Shown here in pieces: positions 39,464 to 49,293 of a stretch of DNA of 64,000 nucleotides. The notes beneath the pieces are model-generated. The model had not been told where the DNA came from. It did no database searches and saw nothing but the letters and a program-made list of their open reading frames with translations. How positions within the stretch are numbered: position 1 is the first letter of the stretch; each line of letters begins with the position of its first letter. This stretch comes from an uncultured virus (IMG/VR IMGVR_UViG_3300049491_000674) (lineage: Duplodnaviria; Heunggongvirae; Uroviricota; Caudoviricetes). A program made the translations under genes and the position numbers. The stretch lies in the IMG/VR virus record IMGVR_UViG_3300049491_000674; one strand, given 5' to 3'.

Positions 39464-40213
39464 ATGCCTCTGGACCTATCCTTCCCAGTAGGGACTCTGG
39501 ATGAACGAGTTGAGTTCAGAGGGAACCTTGCAAGCCTCCAAGCACACCCAGAAGTAGCTAGCGTTGTAAGGCAGGCTTTTCTGCGGGGTCAAGTAGTTGT
39601 CCGTGTCTTTCTCCGTGAGGAGAATAGGACACCAACCGACTCATGGCTCAGTTGGTTGTTGAATCAATACAGGCACGAACAGGAACATGTTCAGCCACCT
39701 TCCCGCCCCGACTTCCAAGCCTTGATTCAACAGGCCATCGGTAGCACTGAAGGTCGAAGTAGGTTGGCCCAGGTGATGTCTAATCCAATTCGACGGGGGT
39801 GGGACTACCAAAGCATTGGGCGCCGCATGATCCTGGTTGACCAGCTCCCGCCAGGAGCCCCCACTTACTACCAAGACGAAGCCTTGATTGGTTGGGACGG
39901 GAATGGGAGTCCCGTCCCCGCACAAGAAAAGATTGTTCCGAGTTGGCTCCAACCTGAACGTCTAGGCCCTTTGACGGGTCATTGGGTATACAACAAACAA
40001 CAGCAAGAGTACGCCAAGATTGTCTCCCACGAGTATTTGGATGGTAAGTGGCGAATCAGAATCAGGCTAGGGATCCCTGTTGAAACCAAAGCCTTCCAGT
40101 TGTCTGCCTTTGAATGGCACGACCTGTCGGACTTTGATGGTTGGGAGCTATGTGCTGAGCCAGTACCATCGAAGACGATCTGGGAACGCCTACTTCAAAA
40201 CGATGTCCTCTGA
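39464..40213 (+). CDS. hypothetical protein with C-terminal KTIWERLLQND motif
   Basis: GGTGTA motif upstream. Confidence 0.7.
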   Translation: MPLDLSFPVGTLDERVEFRGNLASLQAHPEVASVVRQAFLRGQVVVRVFLREENRTPTDSWLSWLLNQYRHEQEHVQPPSRPDFQALIQQAIGSTEGRSRLAQVMSNPIRRGWDYQSIGRRMILVDQLPPGAPTYYQDEALIGWDGNGSPVPAQEKIVPSWLQPERLGPLTGHWVYNKQQQEYAKIVSHEYLDGKWRIRIRLGIPVETKAFQLSAFEWHDLSDFDGWELCAEPVPSKTIWERLLQNDVL

Positions 40214-40328
40214 CGATTTATTTGGTCTTCTCTTGATTCCGGTGTATAGACCGGACCTCTCGCCCGATTGGTGGTCTCGACCACAGGGCAAAACTTGGCG
40301 ATCCCTCGGGACCGCATGGAGGAAAATC

Positions 40329-42056
40329 ATGGCATCGAAGGACCTGTTCTCGTCGAAGAAGACCTCGGCTTTTGCTCCGGCAACGGACACGAAAAATGCC
40401 GCAGGTGGTGTGGCCTACAAGCGAGCGGATGAGGAAGCCCTCGCACAGTTCGCGGTCACGGGCTGCTTCAACAACACATTCTACGCTTCGTCTGCTGACC
40501 AGCTCACGAAGGTGAAGGAGCTGTTGGGCAACGTGTCCCCGGCAACGATCGGTACGTTGGCTGTGTACTCGCGTACGCACGGGCACATGAAGGACATGCC
40601 CACGTTCTTCGTTGGGTACCTTTCGGGGCTTCTGGCCAAGGCGGCTGAAGCGGAAGAGGTGGCTCGGAAGGTAAAGAGCCCAGACATTCAGGTGAAGGCT
40701 GACGCGGTTCGTGCGTTGTCTGAGATTCTGTGGGACGTTTTTCCACGGGTCATCGACAACGGCAAGATGCTGCGGAATTATGTCCAGATGATCCGATCGG
40801 GAGAGACTGGACGAAAGTCCTTTGGCTCAAGCCCGAAGCGGCTTGTTAGAGCGTGGTTCGATACACGTGACGACACGAGCATCTTCTTCAATTCGACAGG
40901 CAACAGCCCGTCGATGGCGGACGTGATCAAGCTTGTTCGTCCGGTGCCCATGACCGAGGAACGGGCAGCCCTTTACGGCTGGCTCCTGGGTAAGGAGAAG
41001 GGTAAGTTTGGCGACAAGGAGTTCGTTGTTGCTGATGCTGCCCCGGTCTGCATCAAGGAGTACGAGGCGTTTCGAAAGAACCCGAAGATCGGGGAGATAC
41101 CGAAGGCTCCTTACGAGATGATCGAAGGACTCGATCTGTCTGTGTCCCAGTGGAAGGAGTTGGCTGTTCGATCCACCTGGAACCAGATCCGCCAGCACCT
41201 CAACACCTTTCTTCGGAAGGGCGTCTTCACGAGTTCGATGGGTCAGTGGGACTCTGCTGTGATCAAGGCGATCGTGTCCAAGATCACGGACGAGGCCGAG
41301 ATCAAGAAGGCTAAGGCGATGCCCTACCAGCTCATGGTTGCCTACAAGCACATGGGCCCGGAGATGCCGGTGGAGATCACCAACGCGATCCAGGATGCGA
41401 TGGAAATCGCAGTGGCCAACGTTCCTGTCATTGATGGGATCGTGGCTGTTTTCCCAGACGCGTCGGGGTCGATGCACTCTCCTGTTACGGGTCAGCGAAT
41501 CAACCCAAAGACCAAGAAGCTGGAGACTCATACCAGCAAGGTGCAGTGCGTCGATGTGGCTGCCCTGGTTGCTGCTTGCGTTCTTCGTCGTAACCCGAAG
41601 GCTCTGATCATCCCATTCGTGGAGAAGGCTCTCACGGACGTGATCTTGAATCCAAAGGACTCGATCATGACCAACGCGATGCGTCTTTCGTCCCTCCCTT
41701 GTGGTGGGACGAACTGTTCGGCGCCCATGGCAGCACTGAACAGCCGAGGGGTGGCTGCCGACCTCGTGTGGTACATCTCCGACTACGAGTCGTGGGTGGA
41801 CACCCCTAACCACAACCACTTCGGAGGCTCTTCGACGGAAACTCTTCGTCAGTGGGAGATCCTCAAAGGTCGTAACTCGAAGGCCAAGCTCGTCTGCATG
41901 GACATTACCCCCAACACGACCACGCAGGCCAAGACCCGTGATGGGATCATCAACGTTGGCGGATTCTCCGACAGCGTCTTCACGGTCGTCCAGAAGTTCT
42001 GGGAAGGTGACGGCGGGATGACCTGGATGGAGCACATCCAGCAGATGGTAGGATGA
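40329..42056 (+). CDS. Ro60 / TROVE-domain RNA-binding protein
   Basis: NAAGGVAY, GCFNNTFY, GHMKDMP, VIDNGKMLRN, vWA DASGSM, GGTNCS, SDYESW, VGGFSD. Confidence 0.92.
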   Translation: MASKDLFSSKKTSAFAPATDTKNAAGGVAYKRADEEALAQFAVTGCFNNTFYASSADQLTKVKELLGNVSPATIGTLAVYSRTHGHMKDMPTFFVGYLSGLLAKAAEAEEVARKVKSPDIQVKADAVRALSEILWDVFPRVIDNGKMLRNYVQMIRSGETGRKSFGSSPKRLVRAWFDTRDDTSIFFNSTGNSPSMADVIKLVRPVPMTEERAALYGWLLGKEKGKFGDKEFVVADAAPVCIKEYEAFRKNPKIGEIPKAPYEMIEGLDLSVSQWKELAVRSTWNQIRQHLNTFLRKGVFTSSMGQWDSAVIKAIVSKITDEAEIKKAKAMPYQLMVAYKHMGPEMPVEITNAIQDAMEIAVANVPVIDGIVAVFPDASGSMHSPVTGQRINPKTKKLETHTSKVQCVDVAALVAACVLRRNPKALIIPFVEKALTDVILNPKDSIMTNAMRLSSLPCGGTNCSAPMAALNSRGVAADLVWYISDYESWVDTPNHNHFGGSSTETLRQWEILKGRNSKAKLVCMDITPNTTTQAKTRDGIINVGGFSDSVFTVVQKFWEGDGGMTWMEHIQQMVG

Positions 42057-42060
42057 TCGA

Positions 42061-42094
42061 AAAAGTGAGGGTGCCTTCAAGTATCCTCACTTTT
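42061..42094 (+). terminator. terminator-like hairpin after TROVE gene
   Basis: AAAAGTGAGGGTGC..GTATCCTCACTTTT. Confidence 0.55.
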
Positions 42095-42188
42095 GCTATT
42101 GACTACGCTTATCTTTCCCTTACAACATGAAGTACACCCAGAGAGATGTTCTCGCTGGGTAATCTCAACCAGGGCATCGACCCAAACA

Positions 42189-42349
42189 AGACTCAACCAC
42201 CCCCTTTGCTGTCCCTCCAGACAGATGCCGGTTTGGTCTACATTTAAACAACGCCATGATTTGGTATTAAAGCCTAAGCCCTTCGGGGAACCCCCAGACT
42301 CAACCACCCCCTTTGCTGTCCCTCCAGACAGATGCCGGTTTGGTCTACA
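42189..42349 (+). repeat. 54-bp direct repeat (42189-42242; 42296-42349)
   Basis: Exact copies. Confidence 0.9.
42220..42320 (+). ncRNA. Y-RNA-like candidate
   Basis: GACAG/CTGTC and GGTTTGGTCT/AGACTCAACC terminal pairing; 101 nt; adjacent to Ro60. Confidence 0.55.
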
Positions 42350-42424
42350 CTACTGAAATAGTACACCCCTGATTACAACCCCTAGCCCACGATGTTGTGT
42401 TCATTCCCGTGGCACAAGACTTTA

Positions 42425-42458
42425 GCTAAGCCCCAATTGGAGATGGTTGGGGCTTAGC
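42425..42458 (+). terminator. terminator-like hairpin
   Basis: GCTAAGCCCCAA..TTGGGGCTTAGC. Confidence 0.6.
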
Positions 42459-42484
42459 CCATTTTGTGGTGTATACAGGGTCCC

Positions 42485-43579
42485 ATGTTTGATTGGACCC
42501 AGTACACAGGCAACATCAAGTGGCTCTCGTCCCGAACGTTCTTCATGACCAGGCACGGATCTCATGCCTACGGCACGAACCTGCCCACGTCGGACCTTGA
42601 TCTGCGGGGTATCTTCGTTGCCCCAAAGGAGTACTACCTCGGGTTTACCCAGGTCGTCGAACAGGTCACCTGCAAAGAGCCAGACCTTGTTGTGTTCGAT
42701 GTGCAGAAGTTCTTCAAACTTGCCGCTGATGCAAACCCGAATGCCCTAGAGCTTATCTTTACGGACCCTTCGGACCATCAGATCGTAACTCCTCAAGCTG
42801 TGATTTTGTTGGAGAATCGACATCTGTTCTTGAGCCGTAAAGCAAAGTACACCTTCTCTGGGTATGCCCATTCCCAGATGAGGCGTATCTTGACCCACCG
42901 TCGGTGGCTACTTGATCCCCCCAAGAAACCCCCAACAAGGGAAGACTTCGGGCTCCCTCAACGAACGGAAATTCCGGCAGATCAACTGGCGGCGGCTCGT
43001 GCTGCCGTACTCAAGCAAATCGATCGTTGGGGGTTCAAGGATCTTGAGGACATTGATCCGGCAACTCGACAGAGGCTGATGGATCGGTTTGAGACCAGTC
43101 TCTTGGAAATGACCCGGTGGACGTTCACGGATCGTGAAGAGAAACAGTGGGTGGCGGCTGCCGACTTCCTTGGGTTCTCAACGAACTTCATTGAGGTCCT
43201 GGACAAGGAGCGACGATATGAATCCACCCTAAGAAACTGGGCACAGTTCAACACGTGGGAGCGTGAACGTAACCCCGCTCGTGCTGCCATTGAAAAGAAG
43301 TTTGGGTATGACTGCAAACACGGGATGCACCTTGTTCGTTTGTCTCGTCGCTGCCTAGATCTTCTCAAGACTGCGGACCTTCAAGTTCGTTGTGATGATG
43401 CCGAAGAACTGCTGGAGATCCGGAATGGGGGGTGGCCTTTTGAGCAGCTGCACGAGTGGTTCAATGCGCAAGCTGCTTTGATCGACGAAGCCGAAAAGAC
43501 GTCCCCACTGCCACGAGCGGTTGACCAGGCAAAACTCGACAAACTTTGCGTTACGATCGTGGAGTCAATGCTGAAGTTA
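42485..43579 (+). CDS. Pol-beta superfamily nucleotidyltransferase (YcgL/RlaP-like; TTA end)
   Basis: HGSHAYGTN..SDLDLRG, ANPNALE, GYDCKHGMHLVRL, LLEIRNG. Confidence 0.85.
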
Positions 43580-43704
43580 AGAATCCCTTTGTCCCCTGGC
43601 CTTCAGCAGGATGCTATGTGCTGAGGCGATACAGCTAGAGTGTGAGCCCCGAAACAAGCAAAACAAATCACACACTTATGCGCTATCTTCAGTAGGAACT
43701 TCGG

Positions 43705-44298
43705 ATGGCGGCAGACCTCACCACAATAGTACAGACGGTAGTCTCGGGTGTTGCGGCAGGAGCAGCTTCTGGGGCTACCTCAATTCTTGCTTGGGCCAGA
43801 GACATACGGAAGCGTCTTGGCGTCTTGGAGGAGAAAGTTGGCTCTTCAGAGGAGCCAAAAACTGGCCTTCACCAAACAGTATGGGCGGCCGAAGAAACTC
43901 TGAAGAGACTATCTCGAAAAATAGAGTCCTGGGAAGACGACCCACCAGATTGGGCCAAACGTCTCATTTCCAGGTCCAGGACATCTTCGACGATGGGTCT
44001 GGAACACTTGACGGAAGTAGAAGGGCGTGTGGATCAGAAGATCCGCACGTTCAACGAACGTGTCAAAGGCGTCGAAGAGGAACTAAATGAAACGATCAGT
44101 CGGCTCCGCAAAGTCGAACAGGAACTCGGAGGCTTCGAGAATGCTGTGTCTAGGGAGGAGTACGAACGTGACGCACGTGCGAAAGCTGCTGACCTGCATC
44201 GAATTCGAGAGAATTTGGCTGCCGCTAACGGGATGCTGCGGGGAGTGATGGCAGCTATGGGCATCGCGGACGAAAAAAAAGACCCTCGGACTAGGTGA
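43705..44298 (+). CDS. coiled-coil protein with hydrophobic N-terminus
   Basis: ORF composition. Confidence 0.7.
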   Translation: MAADLTTIVQTVVSGVAAGAASGATSILAWARDIRKRLGVLEEKVGSSEEPKTGLHQTVWAAEETLKRLSRKIESWEDDPPDWAKRLISRSRTSSTMGLEHLTEVEGRVDQKIRTFNERVKGVEEELNETISRLRKVEQELGGFENAVSREEYERDARAKAADLHRIRENLAAANGMLRGVMAAMGIADEKKDPRTR

Positions 44299-44305
44299 GA
44301 GAGAC

Positions 44306-44494
44306 ATGGAACTCGAACTCGATGCCCTCCATGATCTGGCATCCGAAACGGATGAGATGCGAGATCTGACCCAAAAGATCCACAAGGAAGTTCAGAGAAC
44401 ACCCCCCAAAACCTCCATGGTGGTGCGGAAGGTGTTGACCCCCCTAGGCATTTCTACTCTGACCCCTCGCATCAAAATCGCCCAGGGCACTTTA
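44306..44494 (+). CDS. hypothetical protein (TTATG overlap with next gene)
   Basis: TTA 44492-44494. Confidence 0.6.
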
Positions 44495-44919
44495 TGCAGG
44501 CCGATGTGAATAAGATACACGGAGGTCTTTGGCAAGGCTCTCGTCCGAAACCAGGTTTGAGTGGGTTCTCCATGATCATCCTGTGTGCAAAGGAGCATCA
44601 GCCTCCGGTTGAGAGGTTTCCGGGTACCAAGATCGTTCACGCCCCCAACGACGACGACTTCACACGGCTCCCTACCAGAGAAGAGCTTTTGATTGCCATC
44701 CAGGCAGCACGTCTGGCTGTACCCGTCCTAGAAAATGGAGGCAAAGTGCTTTCGACCTGCTGGATGGGGTGGAATCGTTCGGGCCTCGTCTCTGCCATTA
44801 CTCTGCATCTGTGGCTTGGAGTAGACGGACGAAAAGCTATTCAGATGGTTCGGGAAGGACGTCGAAAGGCGTTGAAAAACCCAGGATTCTTGTCTGTACT
44901 AGAGAAGCTTCCGGGTTAG
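44494..44919 (+). CDS. dual-specificity / tyrosine phosphatase family protein
   Basis: CX5R motif TCWMGWNRSG; LWQGS; LKNPGF. Confidence 0.8.
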   Translation: MQADVNKIHGGLWQGSRPKPGLSGFSMIILCAKEHQPPVERFPGTKIVHAPNDDDFTRLPTREELLIAIQAARLAVPVLENGGKVLSTCWMGWNRSGLVSAITLHLWLGVDGRKAIQMVREGRRKALKNPGFLSVLEKLPG

Positions 44920-45080
44920 ATAGCCTCAGAGCGGTCGAGGCGGCAGCTCTGACAGAGGTTCCGGGGGGTCTTGTCCCCGTTGATGGCTGCCCGGTATGGG
45001 TCGGGAGCCAAGGTGACCTCGTCCTTGGTCTTACAGATCTCGCAGAAGGGGGTTTTCTCGGCTTGGTTTTTGACGGACAT
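44916..45080 (-). CDS. small Zn-ribbon protein
   Basis: CEIC..PDPY..LCQSC; TGATG coupling. Confidence 0.6.
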   Translation of the reverse strand: MSVKNQAEKTPFCEICKTKDEVTLAPDPYRAAINGDKTPRNLCQSCRLDRSEAI

Positions 45081-45256
45081 CAGTACTCCCCCGCCCGGTA
45101 GGCCGCCTGCTTGTTGCGGCTGCCGCCCCGGGGGGTGTTCCGGTGTTTCATGATCTTACCCCCTCCCCAGCCATGACGCTGCATCAGCGCAATCACGATG
45201 GGGTTGCGAGCCTGAGGGGCTTTGATGGTGAACTTGATGGGGGTTTTGGCGGACAT
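45080..45256 (-). CDS. small basic protein
   Basis: Class I promoter upstream. Confidence 0.6.
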   Translation of the reverse strand: MSAKTPIKFTIKAPQARNPIVIALMQRHGWGGGKIMKHRNTPRGGSRNKQAAYRAGEY

Positions 45257-45309
45257 GACACAACTAGATCGTCCCCATACACCGATCAAAAAGAAAATCG
45301 AGCGGAGGT

Positions 45310-45837
45310 TAACGCCAGAACCAAGTTCAACGCCTTGAGCCCCTTTTCATGAAATGGTGTGATGTCGACCCCCGACATCATCTCGGCAAAAGCCTTTTCA
45401 TGCCATTCTTCGTGTGGGAGAATTCGTTGGAAAACGTCTCGGATGTCCGCCGGAGCATCAAGGTCAAACGCGATCTCTCGGATCCGATGGAGACGCATGT
45501 TTTCCGCATGAAATCCAGCGGCAACGGCCTTCTCAAACGAGTCGACGGCAGGAAGGACTTCTTTCCAGTACCGTTGCTCGGCTGAGGCGTTCTTTTCGGG
45601 GGTGATGCCTCTGGCGTCGAGGAGTTCCTTCATCCACGTGCCGTGAAGGGCCTCTTGCATCAGAATCTTCGCGATGTCTTGCCACTGCTTTGGAGTCATG
45701 TCTGACCCGAAACGAATGAGCAGCTCAGACAACAGATGCACGGCTGCAAGCTCCCCCACATACTGCCGCTTAAGCCAAGCGGTGAGTTTCTGCGGGTTGC
45801 TCTTGGTCGCTTTCCACCACGCATGAGTCGTTTGCAT
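45310..45837 (-). CDS. ferritin-like diiron protein (TTA end)
   Basis: GE..QEALH..AE..HEEWH ExxH pairs. Confidence 0.75.
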
Positions 45838-45903
45838 GATCCCCCTATACACCCGTTTGCCTTATTTTCAAGGGGGTGACGTGAGGGCAGAGATCAAGAA
45901 AGG

Positions 45904-46689
45904 TAACGCAAATTCTTTAGTTGGGACCCATAGGTCCCAAGTCTCATCCCAAGCCATGTACTCCGGAGTAAAGAAAGCGTACCCACCCTGTCTCCAGCCA
46001 GACCCCCATGAGTTCTTCACGAGGAACTTACCGTCAATATACCCTACGACGATCATGGCATGACCTCCAGCCGTCGCCCCTTTCGGGGTATCCACAGTCC
46101 AAGGTCCGCTGAAGTCCATGAAGGGGTGATCGATGAGGGTCCCAAAGACGACCGGCTTCATGGCTCGCAGTGCGGCAACGATGTCGTTGATTCTCTCTTC
46201 CCCATTGGAAGTGATGCGGTAGTAGCTGTGGATCTTGTGTCCGAGAGCTGCCCGCTGGGCCAACATACTCGGGGAAACGAAGACCTTATTCTCTTCGTAG
46301 GGCCACACCGACTCTTCCGGGATACCGAAGCGAGTCAAAACCTCAAAGCAAGACCTGATGTACGTGCCCTCATCCTCACCAAGAGTCCCATCCAGAGTTC
46401 GAGCCATCGCGTAGACAAAAAGCCGACTGAGCTGAGGGACAGGTCGTGCTTCTCTGCCCTCCACTTCAGCTCGAAAGCTCTCTTCGATGTTCGAGACAAT
46501 CTCGACCGCATCTGCTGTCGCATTCCCAGCACACGCAGAGAGATTAGCCTGATGGGTCTCAGTGCAAAACGGTCGAAGGTCTACGTCTCCGATCGCCAAA
46601 CGTGTCGGGGCTACCTTGAGTAGCTCCTTGACGTTTAGGTCCGTTTCCCCTTGTGTTAGATCTCTCTTGTAGCCAAACGCTTGGGTCAT
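45904..46689 (-). CDS. C1 (papain-like) cysteine peptidase (TTA end)
   Basis: HQANLSACAGNA, LSRLFVY, GGHAMIVVGY, VKNSWGSGW. Confidence 0.88.
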
Positions 46690-46758
46690 CGCCTTCCACA
46701 AAGCATAGGAAGACCACCACGCCCGTTAAACCTCTTGTCATTTGATGGGGGTAGTACC

Positions 46759-47109
46759 ATGGGACGATTGCGGGTTTTTCTTCTTTTGTTGGTCTTCGGC
46801 ATTCTGCCGGTCCTTGGCACTGGCTGCCATAAAGGCCGGGAAGCCCCTAGCCCGAACCCCCCACAGCCACCCGACACCGAAATGTGTGGTGCGATGTGTG
46901 AGCACCTGGGCCCAAAAGGGCTCAACTGTGAAGAGGGTAAGGATTACTACGACTCGGACATTGCGGGGCCAAAGGGTGCCCCAAACGCCACTTGCGAGTA
47001 CTTCTGTCAAACACAACAAAAAAAGGGTGTTTTCATCAATCCTCGGTGTGTGGCGCAGGTGCCCACCTGCCCAAAAATCGAAGAGTGGAGGAAGAAGCAG
47101 TGCCCTTGA
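46759..47109 (+). CDS. Cys-rich lipoprotein
   Basis: Signal peptide ending LGTGC. Confidence 0.65.
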   Translation: MGRLRVFLLLLVFGILPVLGTGCHKGREAPSPNPPQPPDTEMCGAMCEHLGPKGLNCEEGKDYYDSDIAGPKGAPNATCEYFCQTQQKKGVFINPRCVAQVPTCPKIEEWRKKQCP

Positions 47110-47531
47110 GCCTCGTTCAAAGGGTAGCTGTTCGATTTGCGGCCGAAAGGATAGCCTACTCGGCTGTGGTCCTTGATGAGGCTAGTCATCGGGCTCTTCT
47201 TGCGTGGTGGCCAGAAGCCACCAACACCCCTCTTTTGGCAAAGCACTTTGCCCACCATATGACCATCCAGTTGGGCCCAAAACAAGCGGATCTTGAAGCT
47301 CTACCTTTGGGGGAAAAGGTCAAGCTCAAGGTTGTCGGTTGGGCAGCCGATGAAAAGGGCCAGGCGGTTGCTGTCGATTGCTCGGTAAAGTCCACCCGGG
47401 CCCACCCCCACATCACCGTTGCCTGTAGTACAACAGGTAAGCCCATGTACTCTAACGAGTTGCTGTCTAAAGGGGTCACAAGGGTCTCTGGGCCTACCCT
47501 CATCGGGACGGTTGAAGCGGTAAGGAGCTGA
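47100..47531 (+). CDS. 2H phosphoesterase (tRNA-ligase CPDase-like)
   Basis: YSAVVLD, AHHMTI, PHITVA, SNELL. Confidence 0.75.
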   Translation: MPLSLVQRVAVRFAAERIAYSAVVLDEASHRALLAWWPEATNTPLLAKHFAHHMTIQLGPKQADLEALPLGEKVKLKVVGWAADEKGQAVAVDCSVKSTRAHPHITVACSTTGKPMYSNELLSKGVTRVSGPTLIGTVEAVRS

Positions 47532-47533
47532 CG

Positions 47534-49273
47534 ATGCCCGTATCCCCTATCTGTCTCGTTAAAGATGGTGCCGGACCTTTCGTGTCGACGCCCAACGGCG
47601 TTAACGTAACCGCCAGCAACACGATTTCGATCAAACTCAACGACATTACGGGTGTTGCTGATTGGTACCTTCAAGTTACTGGTACGGATGAGACTTCGAC
47701 GAACCCGACTCTGACGGGTGTGAATATCATCACCAGTTTGGTGGCTTCCCCCGGAACGGTTGTCACGTTTACGATGGCGGCAGGAGCTGGGCGAGCATTC
47801 CTCTTTAAGTCCATTGTCACAGGTCCAGGCGGCCCGGTAGAGACTTCGTTTGCGATCTATGTCCTCACGGTCCACGGCTTTAGGGTAGGGGCCACAGGGG
47901 AGGAAAGAGAGGGGAACACAAATTTTGGTTGGGCATCGACCCTCAACCCTCTCATCCGCACTGGAGCTGGGGTCATCAGATTTGACGACTCTCTTACGTC
48001 CCCCAGCACAGGATCGGCAACTACCCAACAGATTATCGATTACCTCAAGGGGATTACCCAGACGGGTGGGGACCTGATTATCTTCACCCCCGCAGCTCCC
48101 CACATGGGGAATGTTTTTGGGGACTGGGCTGAGCTGTGTTCGTATATCGGTACACTACCTGATGGGAGTAACCCTAAAATCAGGTTTACAGCAAACTTCA
48201 CGATCCCCTCGGTGGGGATGCCCCCCACTGGGTGGCCGCAAGGAAAAGGCACCTGGGAGTCAAATAGCCTCAACACAGGAGCGATTGTAGTCGACATCCC
48301 CGATGGGGTGAAAATCGACATGTTGATGGGGATCAATAACGGCCTCGGGGTCAACATACACCCGTCTTCTGAGTACGGTGTCTTCAATTGGTCTGAGTTT
48401 GCCCCTGGGATGGACCCTTGGATTCTAGCAGTTGGGCAAGGGGCCCATCTTGCGAACCAGGGTACCAAAGCAGCAATCATCTCACCTGGGATACCGTTCA
48501 CCCAGACCTATGTGGTGATTGCCTTCAATCAGGCGACGAATGCAATCCCGCCTCCCAATACTGCCCCTTGGGTCAAGCTTTCCAACACAGACGTTGCGAT
48601 CTTGTCCCAAGTCGTATGTGGACCATTTGGAGGCGGACAAGACGGCTGGATTGTTGGTACAGGCTCCAGTCTGATTTACATCAACGGAGCGGATTCTCCG
48701 GACCCTTTCATTACTCCTGGGCCTTTTGTGGCGCACTACCCTGCTGGATGGGTGGGGCCAGCTCCTTCGAAAGTTCAGGGGTCCGCCGCTCGAAACATCA
48801 ACTACGATGATACCCTGGCTCTGCCTGCAACGGGGGCAACCAACACCCAGGAAATCATTGACTTTCTGAAGTCAGGGGTTGGAGCGGGTCGACCCCCAAT
48901 CACAACTACCATCTACGGAGAGTATAGTTCCGCTGATGTGCCTGGTTTGTTGGACGCCCCTTTCCCCATCACGACAGCAGGAACCATCACAGGGTTGAGG
49001 ATTTTCCGCCGTCGTCCCGGATCTGGAATTATCGGAACAAGAGTGAACGTGAAGCTGAATGGGGTCAGTCTGTTCGTTGCTGCCCCACCCCCACCTGAAG
49101 TGTTCCCTATCGATGGGGCCTATGCTTCTTCCAGTGCCTTGACTTCGACTCCGGTAGTTCCTGGGGATCGTGTAGAGTTTTACCTGGAATCTGTCGAGTC
49201 TTTCTCAGCGGGACCCACCCCTCAGGAAGATGGCCCTGAAGGGTTGACCGTTTACCTAGACCTCGGCCCCTTA
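47534..49273 (+). CDS. putative virion structural protein (TTA end)
   Basis: G/T/P-rich; internal repeat IxF/YDDxL..TG..QxIIDxLK. Confidence 0.7.
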
Positions 49274-49293
49274 ACTGAGTACAAGGACACGAA

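Noticed and set aside
40827..42080. 417-aa minus-strand ORF and similar long antisense ORFs (e.g. 51725-52489, 57758-58447)
   Set aside because: Shadows of real genes; absence of sense TTA removes antisense TAA stops and lengthens them.
42189..42349. CRISPR array
   Set aside because: Only two 54-bp copies, no cas genes; the pairing pattern fits an RNA unit better.
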